This document shows positions 1 to 9,707 of a stretch of DNA of 64,000 bases, one piece after another (position 1 is the first letter of the stretch; each line of letters begins with the position of its first letter). The position numbers and the translations under genes are program-made. Source of the stretch: Candidatus Falkowbacteria bacterium (GTDB lineage Bacteria; Patescibacteriota; Patescibacteriia; XYB2-FULL-38-15); NCBI GenBank assembly GCA_016214745.1, contig JACRNW010000001.1:1038-65037 (forward strand). Reading direction: 5' to 3'. A model generated the notes under the pieces. It was not told where the DNA came from. It worked only from the letters and a program-made list of their open reading frames with translations, and searched no databases.

Positions 1-1043
1 CCGCGGATTTTTAAATCTTCGCGCAAATGATCGTCGGTCAAAACGCGATTAATTCCTTCGGCCATGTTTTCCGGCGAATATGGATCAACCAAATACGCCG
101 CCTCGCCCGCAACTTCGCGAAGCGCCGGAATTCCGGAAGCAACGACCGGCGTACCGCAAGCCATGGCTTCCAAAACCGGGATGCCAAAACCTTCGTAAAG
201 AGATGGAAAAACAAAAGCCGCCGCGCCGTTCATCAAATGCGGCAAATCTTGCTTTCCAACCCAGCCGGGCATTATCACGTCATTTTGTAAATCATTATCC
301 GCAATGGCTTTGGCGACTTTTTGAAACCCGAAACCCCGCTGGCCTACCAAAACTAATTTTAAATTTTCTTGATGATTTTTTTTCAAAATTTTAAACGCCT
401 TAATCAATGCTGCCGTGTTTTTCTTTTCCTCCATCCGTCCGGCGTACAAAATATACGGCTCGGTAATTTTATATTTTTCCAAAACTTTAGCCACCACCTC
501 TTTGTCTTCAATAACTTTATACCGCTCGCTGTCATATCCATTTGGCACAACTACAATCCGCTCCGGAGAAATTTTAAAAAATTCTATGAGCTCATTTTTT
601 GTAAATTCTGAGACGGAAATTATTTTTGCCGCGTGGCGAATGGCAAATTTGATGGCAAATTTATGATATTTCAGAGCCAACCAATCGTAGGCCTCCGGCA
701 ATCGCAGGAATGCCACGTCGTGGCAGGTGGTCACAACTCTGTTTGGATGAATGAACGGAATGGTGTGGGCCGGAATAAAAAGCATTTCCGGCGGCCGCTG
801 CCACATTTCCCAGGATAATCTGATTTGCGTCCAAAGTTTTTTGGGCGGCCAATTCAAAATCCTGCTTTGCCAGTTCGGCGGCAAATCTCCGATTTCATCG
901 CGCAACTTTTCCGGCGAATACAAAACAAACTGATCTTTTGGATCAGCTATTTTTTTCAATTCCTGTATCAAGTGATGTGAATACCACTCGGTTCCCGTCT
1001 TTTCCGATTTATTCGCGCGTGAGGCGTCGATGCCAATCGTCAT
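1..1043 (-). CDS. Glycosyltransferase family 4 (GT-B), 3' end outside window
   Basis: Not in ORF track; read manually from ATG at 1043: MTIGIDASRANKSEKTGTEWY...FVFPSLYEGFGIPVLEAMACGTPVV (GT4 EGFG-x-x-x-LEAMA motif). Confidence 0.9.
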   Translation of the reverse strand, partial: MTIGIDASRANKSEKTGTEWYSHHLIQELKKIADPKDQFVLYSPEKLRDEIGDLPPNWQSRILNWPPKKLWTQIRLSWEMWQRPPEMLFIPAHTIPFIHPNRVVTTCHDVAFLRLPEAYDWLALKYHKFAIKFAIRHAAKIISVSEFTKNELIEFFKISPERIVVVPNGYDSERYKVIEDKEVVAKVLEKYKITEPYILYAGRMEEKKNTAALIKAFKILKKNHQENLKLVLVGQRGFGFQKVAKAIADNDLQNDVIMPGWVGKQDLPHLMNGAAAFVFPSLYEGFGIPVLEAMACGTPVVASGIPALREVAGEAAYLVDPYSPENMAEGINRVLTDDHLREDLKIR

Positions 1044-1058
1044 GTGTGATATTTTTAT

Positions 1059-2066
1059 TTACTTCGTCGCTAAAATGCTCTTTTTGTAAGATTCCAAATT
1101 TTCCAAAGCAATGCCTGTACCTTTCGCCACGCAAAGCAATGGCTCGTTCGCCACGTAAGCCGAAATGCCAGTCGCTTGGGAAATTAATTGATCAATATTC
1201 CGGAGAAGCGCCGTCCCGCCGGAAAGAACAACTCCTTTATCAATCACGTCGGCGGAGAGTTCTGGCGGAGTATTATACAAAACTTCCTTGACCGCGGCGA
1301 TGATGCCGTCAAGTTCGTTTGCCACCGCGTCGGTCACGTCGTCTGAGGTGACAATAATCGTTCGCGGCAAACCCGTAATCATGTCGCGGCCGCGCACTTC
1401 CATTCTTAATTTTTCTTCAAGATAAAGCGCTGAACCTATTTCTATTTTAATTTGTTCCGCCGTCCTCTCTCCGATTGCCAAACCATATTTCCGACGGGTA
1501 AATTCCGCGATGGCCGTATCTAATTTATTGCCGCCGATTCTAACCGAGGCGGAAGAAACAATGCCGCCGAGTGAAATCACAGCCATTTCCGCCGTACCGC
1601 CGCCGATATCAATAATCATATGGCCCGAAGCGCTGCCGATCGGAATGTTCGCGCCGATTGCGGCCACTATCGGCTCTTTAATAACATAAGCCGCTTTGGC
1701 GCCGGCCGTAATCGTCGCGTCAATCACCGCTCTTTTTTCCGTTGAAGTAATTCCTGCCGGCACGGCAACCATCACTTCGGGACGAAAAAGCCGCACGCCG
1801 CCCAATGCCTTATTGATAAAATATCTGAGCATTGTTTCGGTTGTTTTGTAATCGGCAATCACGCCGTCTTTAAGCGGCCGTCTCGCGACGATTGTTTCCG
1901 GAGTTCGACCGAGCATTTCCTTGGCTTCATGACCAACGGCTAAAATTTTTCTATCAGAAACAGAAAGCGCAACCACCGACGGCTCGTTGATGATAATTCC
2001 CCTCTTGGGAACATGGACCAAAACATTCGTTGTTCCAAGATCAATTCCGATCTTTTTTCTTAACAT
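1059..2066 (-). CDS. mreB: Rod shape-determining actin-like protein MreB
   Basis: IGIDLGTTN, NEPSVVA, RPLKDGVIAD, IDIGGGT, LSGGTALL motifs. Confidence 0.97.
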   Translation of the reverse strand: MLRKKIGIDLGTTNVLVHVPKRGIIINEPSVVALSVSDRKILAVGHEAKEMLGRTPETIVARRPLKDGVIADYKTTETMLRYFINKALGGVRLFRPEVMVAVPAGITSTEKRAVIDATITAGAKAAYVIKEPIVAAIGANIPIGSASGHMIIDIGGGTAEMAVISLGGIVSSASVRIGGNKLDTAIAEFTRRKYGLAIGERTAEQIKIEIGSALYLEEKLRMEVRGRDMITGLPRTIIVTSDDVTDAVANELDGIIAAVKEVLYNTPPELSADVIDKGVVLSGGTALLRNIDQLISQATGISAYVANEPLLCVAKGTGIALENLESYKKSILATK

Positions 2067-2092
2067 ATCTTTATAAAACCTACTACTACAAT

Positions 2093-2167
2093 TAGTTACT
2101 TAATTACCTAGTTACCATTAGTTACTTTTTTACATCGGTAACCAAGTAATTGGGTAACTAAGTAATT
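2093..2167. repeat. Inverted array of ~8-nt TA(G/A)TTAC units
   Basis: tagttact taattacc tagttacc...ggtaacca agtaattg ggtaacta agtaatt; the right half is the reverse complement of the left motif. Confidence 0.75.
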
Positions 2168-2179
2168 CTGTCGTTTTTA

Positions 2180-4177
2180 TTAAAATCGAACTTCTATTTG
2201 CCTATCAACTTTTAAGTCTGTCTGCAATTTATACGCGGTGTCGCCCCAATATCTCTCTTCTTCCGCCGGACTGGCTTGTTTAATATTTTTACCAAAATTC
2301 AAGTTTAAAGTCAAGGGATGGGCAATTGTGCCAGACTGCTTTTGAACAAATAATTTATACGACCCTCCGCTGATTTGATTTTTTATTTTTTCCGGCAAAA
2401 CATATTCAAAACTGAGTGTCCCCTCTTTTCCGGGCTCAATGGAAATAAATGCGCCAAAAAAAGTTTTACTAAATTCTTCTCCGGTATCAATTTTTCCGGG
2501 CCGGCCTGCGGGATTGTAAATCCTGTCGTTTTCCATCATCCCGCTGCCGCCGACAAGCGTACTTCCGGCCGGAACGTAAACACGGGTGTATGTTCGGTAA
2601 CGCGTAGTTTTCCAGGTGAAGGTTCCGTTGTTCTTGTAAGTGATGCTCACTTTGGCGCGAATATCACCTGAGGCATCTTTGGATAAAGAATAATTTATTT
2701 TTCTGTCCATCACTCCGTCGGTTTTCAAACTGGCCAAGTTGGCGTCAATTACCGAAAGATAATCTCCATCTGAATCCAAAATTTTTCCGCTCCATCCTTC
2801 GCGGGCGATAATTGTCTGCAATTCCTCGTCCTTGCTCCAAAAAAGAAGCTGCTTTTCGGTCAGAGCTTTTTCCGTCACGCCAAAAATACTTGACCATTTA
2901 GATGACGGGAGATTGGCCAGACGGTTGAAAATAATTTCTCCCAATTTCCCGACGATGTCTTTACGCTGAACTTCGGGAATCCCCTTTTCATAATATTCTT
3001 TTTCAACTTTGTATTGGAGAACGTCCATCAAATTATCCGGCGTGAATGTTTCTCCGTCCATTTCAATGTTGCCGATCTGGCGCAGAATATCTGAAATTAT
3101 AGTCGGGGTAACGGCAATGACGGCGTCAATTTTTTTCTCCGCGCCACCTTCAGCGTGATAAAACCAATCGGCCTTGGCCGCGGCGGTCGGAAAATCCGGC
3201 GACCAGTTGGAATCGCGCATAAACCAAGCGCCGACTCTTAAATATTTCGCGAGCGGCGCAGGCGGCGGAACGCGAAGATACTTTTCGGCTGCGCCGTCCA
3301 GGGCGTAAATATTATCTGTATCAAAAGTTTCCACCTCGCCGTCTTTCACTTTCACGATTCCGTACGTACCGATAAAGCCGCCTGTCGGACGAAGTTCATC
3401 GCTGTTTTGTAAAAGAAAAAGATAAGTCTTTTCACTGGGATAGCCGGCAATCTGCGGTAAAATCTCAGCCGCCGGAATGGCTTTGACAAGAATATTTCTG
3501 ATTTTAATTAATGTTTCTCTTACCGGACCCAGCACTTTCAAAAGTTGGCCCGCGACTTTATCTTCCTGAATCTGATCCAGAGCCAAGAGCGCTAAATCTA
3601 TTTTTGCTTTGGCTCCCTGAAGTCGCGGCGGGGAAACAAAAAGTTTCTGTAAAAGTTCCCGTTTTTTTTCGGGACTAATCTCCGCGAAACTTGTCCCGGC
3701 GCCAACTTCCGGAATGCCTCCGACTACCGATTGGGCGTCAGTGGCGACGTTCATAATTTCGCGAGCCACGTCGGCCAAATCTCCCAGTGCCGATGAAGTT
3801 TCAATTCCCGACCGGAGAAGACCGGCAACCGCGTCGTATTGATTGCCAATCCAGGGAAATTTACTTAAAAATTTTAATTTATTAAAACTCTCTTCGGCTT
3901 CCTTAAAATTATTTTCCGCTTCCGATAAATAAAAACCCGCCTTCTCTAAATTCAGGGCGGAAATTTCGGCTGAAGCCAATTCTAAATTTTGTTTGCCTGT
4001 TTCTGATAAATTATAAACTTTTCGGGCGGTCCCAAAATAAATGCCGACAATAATTAAACTGATCGCGACTGCCGCGGCGACAGTGTAAAGTAAAATTTTA
4101 ACGAACAAAACCGTCCTCCGCTTTTCCGCTCTTGCGGGATGGATAATATCCAAAAAATTTGTCCCCCTAAATTTCAT
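2180..4177 (-). CDS. DUF4012 domain membrane-anchored protein
   Basis: N-terminal TM helix, helical stalk, YLFLLQNSDELRPTGGFIGTYG and RDSNWSPDFPT motifs. Confidence 0.85.
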   Translation of the reverse strand: MKFRGTNFLDIIHPARAEKRRTVLFVKILLYTVAAAVAISLIIVGIYFGTARKVYNLSETGKQNLELASAEISALNLEKAGFYLSEAENNFKEAEESFNKLKFLSKFPWIGNQYDAVAGLLRSGIETSSALGDLADVAREIMNVATDAQSVVGGIPEVGAGTSFAEISPEKKRELLQKLFVSPPRLQGAKAKIDLALLALDQIQEDKVAGQLLKVLGPVRETLIKIRNILVKAIPAAEILPQIAGYPSEKTYLFLLQNSDELRPTGGFIGTYGIVKVKDGEVETFDTDNIYALDGAAEKYLRVPPPAPLAKYLRVGAWFMRDSNWSPDFPTAAAKADWFYHAEGGAEKKIDAVIAVTPTIISDILRQIGNIEMDGETFTPDNLMDVLQYKVEKEYYEKGIPEVQRKDIVGKLGEIIFNRLANLPSSKWSSIFGVTEKALTEKQLLFWSKDEELQTIIAREGWSGKILDSDGDYLSVIDANLASLKTDGVMDRKINYSLSKDASGDIRAKVSITYKNNGTFTWKTTRYRTYTRVYVPAGSTLVGGSGMMENDRIYNPAGRPGKIDTGEEFSKTFFGAFISIEPGKEGTLSFEYVLPEKIKNQISGGSYKLFVQKQSGTIAHPLTLNLNFGKNIKQASPAEEERYWGDTAYKLQTDLKVDRQIEVRF

Positions 4178-4196
4178 AAATTTTTTTAATTATTTT

Positions 4197-5003
4197 TTAC
4201 CTTCCGGCTGCTATTGTTTCCCGCCCCCATTTTTTAAAATATTTTAGCCAACTTGCCAGATGAATTCTCGTAACTTTTTTAAAAATTCCACTCCACCAAT
4301 GACCTTCGGCCGACTCGCGGCGGTGAAAATGAATTACGGAAATTTCCGGATGATAAACCACTTTCCATTTTTTCTCCCACATGCTCCGGCATAAATCAAC
4401 GTCGTCAAAATAGGCAAAATATCTTTCGTCCAAAAGCCCGACGTCGTCCAAAGATTTTCTTCTGATTAATAAACATCCGCCCAAAAGCCAATCAACTTCC
4501 CGCGTGGAATTATGATCAAAATCTTTCATAAAATAATGATCCAATTTCTTTTTAGCAAAACCAAGGCGGCCGAGCGGCGTCCGGCGGTAAACCGGTTCCC
4601 AAAAATCCGGAAAACGATAACATGAATATTGCAAAGATTTATCGGGATTTAAAAGTTTTGGTCCGACAATTCCCGCATCTTGCCTCGCATCTAAAAATTG
4701 AACTAACTTTTCAAGTACTCCGGAAAAAACAATAATATCAGGATTCATAATCATCACGTAACGGCCGCGCGCTTTTTTTATTCCCAAATTATTGCCCTTG
4801 GCGTAGCCTAAATTTTTATCTGAAGCGACAAAAGTAATTTCCGGAAAATTTTCGCGCATCATTTGCGCGGTTCCGTCGCCCGAAGCATTATCAACCACGA
4901 TAATTTCATAATCCAGTTTCGGCTGGACCATTTTAATGCCTTTCAAACATTCCTTTAGGAGTCCGCGCGCCCGGTAGTTTAAAATGATAATTGATAAATC
5001 CAT
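4197..5003 (-). CDS. Glycosyltransferase family 2 (WbbL/rhamnosyltransferase-like)
   Basis: IIVVDNASGDGT, NLGYAKGNN, NPD, DERYFAYFDDVDLC. Confidence 0.92.
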   Translation of the reverse strand: MDLSIIILNYRARGLLKECLKGIKMVQPKLDYEIIVVDNASGDGTAQMMRENFPEITFVASDKNLGYAKGNNLGIKKARGRYVMIMNPDIIVFSGVLEKLVQFLDARQDAGIVGPKLLNPDKSLQYSCYRFPDFWEPVYRRTPLGRLGFAKKKLDHYFMKDFDHNSTREVDWLLGGCLLIRRKSLDDVGLLDERYFAYFDDVDLCRSMWEKKWKVVYHPEISVIHFHRRESAEGHWWSGIFKKVTRIHLASWLKYFKKWGRETIAAGR

Positions 5004-5006
5004 ATT

Positions 5007-6005
5007 TTAAGAAAACCACTTTTTTATTTCCGCCATATCAACTTTTCTGTGCGCCACAATCCATCTTCTTTTTCTCCACATCTTCGGAAGTTTTTTAAAA
5101 AATTCTCCTAAACCTTTTAGCGTCCTCGGCTCCAAAAATAAAAGATAAATAAATTTTTTAAATTCGTACCATTTTATCCGATAGCCCCAGCGCCACCACA
5201 GTTCCGCCGGAACATCTTTAAAGAGAAAAAATAAATGATTTTTGTAAGAATGATAATTAACAAAAGCCGATTTCTTTTTTCTCTGGCGCGCCGCCGCGAG
5301 ATCTCCCGCGCCGATACTTCTTGCCGAGCGATCATGATAAGCGCGGGCCGACGACAAAAACCATGCTTTAAAACCCGCGAGACGCAGACGATACACCAGA
5401 TCCACGTCTTCTTTATAACTGAAAAAATCTTCGTCAAAAAATTCTCCGTTAATCGCTATTTCGTTTAATGCTCTACGCCGATAAACCGGCGCGGCGCCGG
5501 AAACGCCAAAAACCTCTTTCGCTTCGTTCCACTTTTGGTCGTCCATCTCCCCCGCCCCCAATTCCACTCCCCGATGATTTTTAAAAATTTTTATGCCGAC
5601 GGAATCAATCAAATCTGTTTTTTGATTATTCGGAAAATCCCAGTGAAGCAATTTTCCCGTCACGGCCGCCACTTCGCTGTGGCTGTCTAAAAATTTAATT
5701 ATTTCTTCTAAAAAATTCTGTTCTAAAATTATATCCTGATTTAACATTAAAACATAATCACTCTCCGTTGCGCGGAGCGCCTGATTATGGCCGGCGGCAA
5801 AACCGACATTTTCCTCATTAAATTCCAGCCGGCAATTCCCGACCGGCAACAGGGAATTTTTTAAATATTCCACCGTTCCGTCAGTTGAACCATTATCCAA
5901 AATGAATAGCGAAAAATCGCGGAAAGTTTGTTTGGCAATTGAATCCAAACAATGTGGCAAATATTTTTTTCCGTTCCAAGTTACTAAATTTATGGAAACC
6001 TTCAT
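5007..6005 (-). CDS. Glycosyltransferase family 2
   Basis: LDNGSTDGT, NVGFAAGHN, NQD, FFDEDFFSYKEDVDL. Confidence 0.92.
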   Translation of the reverse strand: MKVSINLVTWNGKKYLPHCLDSIAKQTFRDFSLFILDNGSTDGTVEYLKNSLLPVGNCRLEFNEENVGFAAGHNQALRATESDYVLMLNQDIILEQNFLEEIIKFLDSHSEVAAVTGKLLHWDFPNNQKTDLIDSVGIKIFKNHRGVELGAGEMDDQKWNEAKEVFGVSGAAPVYRRRALNEIAINGEFFDEDFFSYKEDVDLVYRLRLAGFKAWFLSSARAYHDRSARSIGAGDLAAARQRKKKSAFVNYHSYKNHLFFLFKDVPAELWWRWGYRIKWYEFKKFIYLLFLEPRTLKGLGEFFKKLPKMWRKRRWIVAHRKVDMAEIKKWFS

Positions 6006-6008
6006 AAT

Positions 6009-7523
6009 TTACTTCCTCGCTTTTTCCGTTACCCAAAAACCGAGATATTTTCCGAGCATTAATCTTGTCTGCGCTTCCACGGCCGGAATTGAACCGAACA
6101 AAATTAAAGACACCGGAAGCAGCACCCATTGCGCAAGCATAATGACAAATTTAAACGGACTCTGATTTTTCGGCCGAGGCGGAAGCAAAAACAAAAATAA
6201 AATCGCCGAAACAACCATGCCGAGCATGGCGGCGGTAAGGAGCCACTGCAAAACAAGCGGCGCGGTCTGAAAAAACGCTGTGGCGCCGATTTTTTCTTTG
6301 CCAAACCAAAGCGGCAGTTTACTTAAAACAAACATCAAAATCGGCGCGGTCGCCCAGGAGTACATTCCTTCACCCAAATTCCAAAGATATTTAAATCTTT
6401 TCCAAAACGGGATTCTCGGCACCGCGATTTCTCCCCTGTCGGTTTTTAAAGTTCCGCGGGAAAAATGCCAAACCATATACGGAAAATGCTCAACGCCCCA
6501 AGCCCAACGCCGCTGTTGCTTATAAAGATTGACTAGACTGCGCCATGGCGTTTCGGCCATAACCGTATCCATGGAAACCGGAATATACATCGGCACAACT
6601 TCAAAATCTCCGCCGTAACGGATAAAGCATTGCAAAAAAATTCTTGAATCGTCGGTGACAATATCTTTTTGCCAAAAATCAACATCAACCAAAGCTTTGA
6701 AAGCGATGCTATGCGAAGAAAAAGTAAAAAGCCGGTCGGGTTTCGCAAGTTCGGTCAGGAGCCAAAAGGTCGTGCCGCAAGCCGCGACGCGCATAAGAGA
6801 CATTGAATCCCAAATATTGTTATTGTAAAGCGCCACCGGCTGGAAAGCTGCCCGTTCGCGTTTTGGATGAGTAATATATTTATAAGCGAGACAAGCAAAA
6901 TATTCCGGATGGACGCAAGTATCGCTGTCAAAATATGAAACAACGATTTTTTCGTAAGGAATTTTTAATTCGTCAACCAATTCTTTCGCCTTAAATCCCG
7001 CCCAATGAGCGTTCGCGCCTTTTCCCTTGATCTCGCCGGCCAAATTATCCGGATGAGTGATAATCAAAAGTTTTAAAAATTTTTCGCCAAATTCTTTTTC
7101 TATAATTTCAGCGTTCCTGTCAAAATTTTCTTTATTTCTCTCTTCGCCCGACAAGACGACAATCATTTTATCAAGCGGGTAATGCGAAGCAGCCAAATTA
7201 GAAAATGTGGAGCGCAGCACTTCAATCGGCTCTTTTGAAGTTGGCATGACCACCATGTGATAATAATTCTCCCAGCCGGGCAAAGCGCGAACTTTTTCCA
7301 ACCAATCAGTATGGATGTCTCTCTGATAACGCCGCCAAGAAACTGCCATGTAAAAAACAAAATAAAGAACGCGGAAAAGCCAATACACGGAAAAAATGAT
7401 GACAAAATAAATTACCCAAAGCGGCTTCACAAAAGAAAGCACGACAGCCAAAATAAAAGTCAACCAGACAAGTGTGCCTGGGATCATTTCTAACAATCTA
7501 TATTTTTTTCTATCGGAAAGCAT
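6009..7523 (-). CDS. Membrane-embedded GT2 glycosyltransferase (processive type)
   Basis: TM segments at both ends; KGKGAN, FDSD, VTDD, QQRRWAWG (D,D,D,QxxRW signature). Confidence 0.88.
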   Translation of the reverse strand: MLSDRKKYRLLEMIPGTLVWLTFILAVVLSFVKPLWVIYFVIIFSVYWLFRVLYFVFYMAVSWRRYQRDIHTDWLEKVRALPGWENYYHMVVMPTSKEPIEVLRSTFSNLAASHYPLDKMIVVLSGEERNKENFDRNAEIIEKEFGEKFLKLLIITHPDNLAGEIKGKGANAHWAGFKAKELVDELKIPYEKIVVSYFDSDTCVHPEYFACLAYKYITHPKRERAAFQPVALYNNNIWDSMSLMRVAACGTTFWLLTELAKPDRLFTFSSHSIAFKALVDVDFWQKDIVTDDSRIFLQCFIRYGGDFEVVPMYIPVSMDTVMAETPWRSLVNLYKQQRRWAWGVEHFPYMVWHFSRGTLKTDRGEIAVPRIPFWKRFKYLWNLGEGMYSWATAPILMFVLSKLPLWFGKEKIGATAFFQTAPLVLQWLLTAAMLGMVVSAILFLFLLPPRPKNQSPFKFVIMLAQWVLLPVSLILFGSIPAVEAQTRLMLGKYLGFWVTEKARK

Positions 7524-7667
7524 TAAAGTTTGGTTACTAACTTTAGTTAACTTCGACGCGGGAACCGGCCTCCCGGACCTTTCTAAAAACCTTAAAACAA
7601 AGCCTAACTTTTCCCATAATTAAGCTAAAATCTGTCTAAATCATAATTCTTTTTGCTGATTTTGTCA

Positions 7668-7771
7668 ACCCCATCCGAGATAAAGGTGAATTTATATAAT
7701 CAGTAAGCAAATAACCAGAAAAAATTGTTGCTCCGCCGGAAACATCAATTAACCTAAATCTCGGACGGGGT
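7668..7771. mobile_element. Small non-coding element with 14-bp terminal inverted repeats (MITE-like)
   Basis: accccatccgagat (7668-7681) / atctcggacggggt (7758-7771), 13/14 complementary; gtcaacc occurs at both junctions. Confidence 0.55.
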
Positions 7772-7850
7772 CAACCTCCCCCGAATAAAGCCTTATTTTA
7801 AAATAAAAAAACCGGCCGGGCCTAAAAGACCAAGCCGGACGGACAACGAA

Positions 7851-8456
7851 CTACGATTGACCGTTTTCCCTCCGCTCGCCGCGCAGACGCCGGAGAAGCC
7901 GCCAGGCAACCCAGTGGTAGATCGTGACCAAAGAGTCGAATGTCACACCGAGCGTGTCTACTCCTTCACGGGTCACTGTGTGAGGTTCCTTGCCCTCGCG
8001 GCAAGTCACCTTGAAGGTGACTTGGACATGGTGGCTGTGTTCGTAGTCAACCGCAAAAACCGAATAGCCGACAATCCGTACGCACCCGAGATGCTGTTCG
8101 ATCTCCGGCCAACGCTTGATGAGCGCTTTGCGTAAAGCGCGCTCCATAAGGTCAACCGATCCGAGGCGACCCTCAAAAGCGGCGCCATTCTTTACGCGTT
8201 GGCTCACCGCCTGCTCGTCGGCAATCTCAACCACCTGGCCGTCCAGGAGCGTGCTGATTTCAATGCGGAAACAGCTAGCCACCTTCCCGTCATCCACTCG
8301 GCGTTGTTTGTGAAAACCAAAACTGAGTACCTCAAATTGGGGCGCCTTGCCGGCGGCGATTGCTCCCGCAAGCTCTCTTTCGAGAGAATTTTTCCCCTTC
8401 CCTTTTACGGCCGGACCCGTATTCACTGCCACATCTATTCCCTCCTCCCTCCCCAT
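7851..8456 (-). CDS. High-GC protein resembling a stand-alone LeuA/CimA allosteric (regulatory) domain
   Basis: FEVLSF...GSVDLMERALRKALIKRWPEI...VRIVGYSV...VQV...GVDTLGVTFDSLV resembles the citramalate synthase C-terminal domain; GGAGGGAGGAGG SD suggests a GTG start near 8432. Confidence 0.55.
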   Translation of the reverse strand: MGREEGIDVAVNTGPAVKGKGKNSLERELAGAIAAGKAPQFEVLSFGFHKQRRVDDGKVASCFRIEISTLLDGQVVEIADEQAVSQRVKNGAAFEGRLGSVDLMERALRKALIKRWPEIEQHLGCVRIVGYSVFAVDYEHSHHVQVTFKVTCREGKEPHTVTREGVDTLGVTFDSLVTIYHWVAWRLLRRLRGERRENGQS

Positions 8457-8550
8457 TTAGAAAAACGGATCCGTCAATCCGTTTTTAATAATTTATCATA
8501 ACAAATAAAAAAAGCAAGTCCAAAATCAACCGGACCTGCTTTTTAAAAAT

Positions 8551-8862
8551 TTATTTCATGTGCTTTTGAATGTCGCTCCATTTACTTTTTAATTCCGCCA
8601 TTACTTCCTGAATTTGCTTTTCCGCCATTTTTTTTCTTTTTCCGTATTCCACGACTGCTTTCTCCACTACCTCTTCATATTTTTCCTTACTCATCACTTT
8701 CATTTTTTCCACTTCCTTCAAAATCTTAGCGAAAAGATCAGACGACATTTTCTTTAATTCCGCGCGACGTTCCTCACCGGTTTTTTTGGTGGTGAGGAGA
8801 GCGGCGGCCGTGCCGATCAGGGCGCCGAGAAGTGCTCCCTTGAAAAATTCTTTTTTCCCCAT
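8551..8862 (-). CDS. YtxH-like protein
   Basis: FFKGALLGALIGTAAALLTTKKTGEERRAEL followed by a charged helix. Confidence 0.8.
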   Translation of the reverse strand: MGKKEFFKGALLGALIGTAAALLTTKKTGEERRAELKKMSSDLFAKILKEVEKMKVMSKEKYEEVVEKAVVEYGKRKKMAEKQIQEVMAELKSKWSDIQKHMK

Positions 8863-8991
8863 AAAATTTTAATTAATTATTATAAAATTTATTTAGAAAT
8901 CTCTTTTTATTATTTTACCACAAATTAATAAATAAAAAAATCCCGTACCCTGTCCGAGGACAAAATACGGGACGAACCGCCAAGATTCTCC

Positions 8992-9579
8992 TTATCCGAC
9001 GGCTGGCTGACTTCGCGCGAAGAGAATGCGCGCGTGGAAAACGACGCTCAAAACGGCAAAGACGAGTGCCACCCACAAGGCGATGTTCGCAACGTCGAGC
9101 GTCCAGCCGGCGCCAACGACAAGACCGATCACGGCCGTGCTCTGCAACCACATCTTGATCTTGCCGAAAGCATTGGCCTTGCCCGATTTGCCGAGCAGAG
9201 ATGCGAGCAACCGGCCAAGGGCAAGAATCACTTCAATGGAAGCCGTTACGATGATGAGCTCAAATGGGAAATGCCCCCGGCCGTTGGTCAGAAGAATCCC
9301 AACGACCATCACTTTGTCGGCACAGGGGTCAAGCCATTCGCCGAGCTTAGTCTGCTCACCCCGCCACCTGGCCAGAGCTCCGTCCAGCGCGTCCAAGAAC
9401 ACGGCAAAAGCGATAAACAGAATGCCCAGGAAATGGCTGCCGACCCTGAGCAAAACCGCCACGAACAGAGCAACGAGCATGCGAGCAAAAGAAAGGTGAT
9501 TGGGCTTGATCCAGAGCGGGGTTCGCTTCACGATCGGATTCAGCAACCAATCTCCCCAGCTGAGTTTTTTCTCCTCCAT
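8992..9579 (-). CDS. CDP-alcohol phosphatidyltransferase (PgsA-like), high-GC
   Basis: PNHLSFAR and DALDGALARWRGEQTKLGEWLDPCADK signature; start at ATG 9579 after AAGGAGGGAG SD. Confidence 0.88.
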   Translation of the reverse strand: MEEKKLSWGDWLLNPIVKRTPLWIKPNHLSFARMLVALFVAVLLRVGSHFLGILFIAFAVFLDALDGALARWRGEQTKLGEWLDPCADKVMVVGILLTNGRGHFPFELIIVTASIEVILALGRLLASLLGKSGKANAFGKIKMWLQSTAVIGLVVGAGWTLDVANIALWVALVFAVLSVVFHARILFARSQPAVG

Positions 9580-9707
9580 CACTCCCTCCTTGGCTCCGGA
9601 CACTGCGAAATTGTCCAGGCCTTCATTTGTCCTATCATAAATAAAAAAATTCTGCAAACAAAAACAGAGTGATTTTTCCACTCTGTTTTTAAAAATCTTC
9701 TAAGATT

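Noticed and set aside
27-1291. Cluster of short plus-strand ORFs
   Set aside because: Shadows of the minus-strand GT4 gene and mreB.
9026-9672. Long antisense ORFs over high-GC genes (also 45116-45574, 57128-58109)
   Set aside because: Expected stop-poor shadow frames of GC-rich coding DNA.
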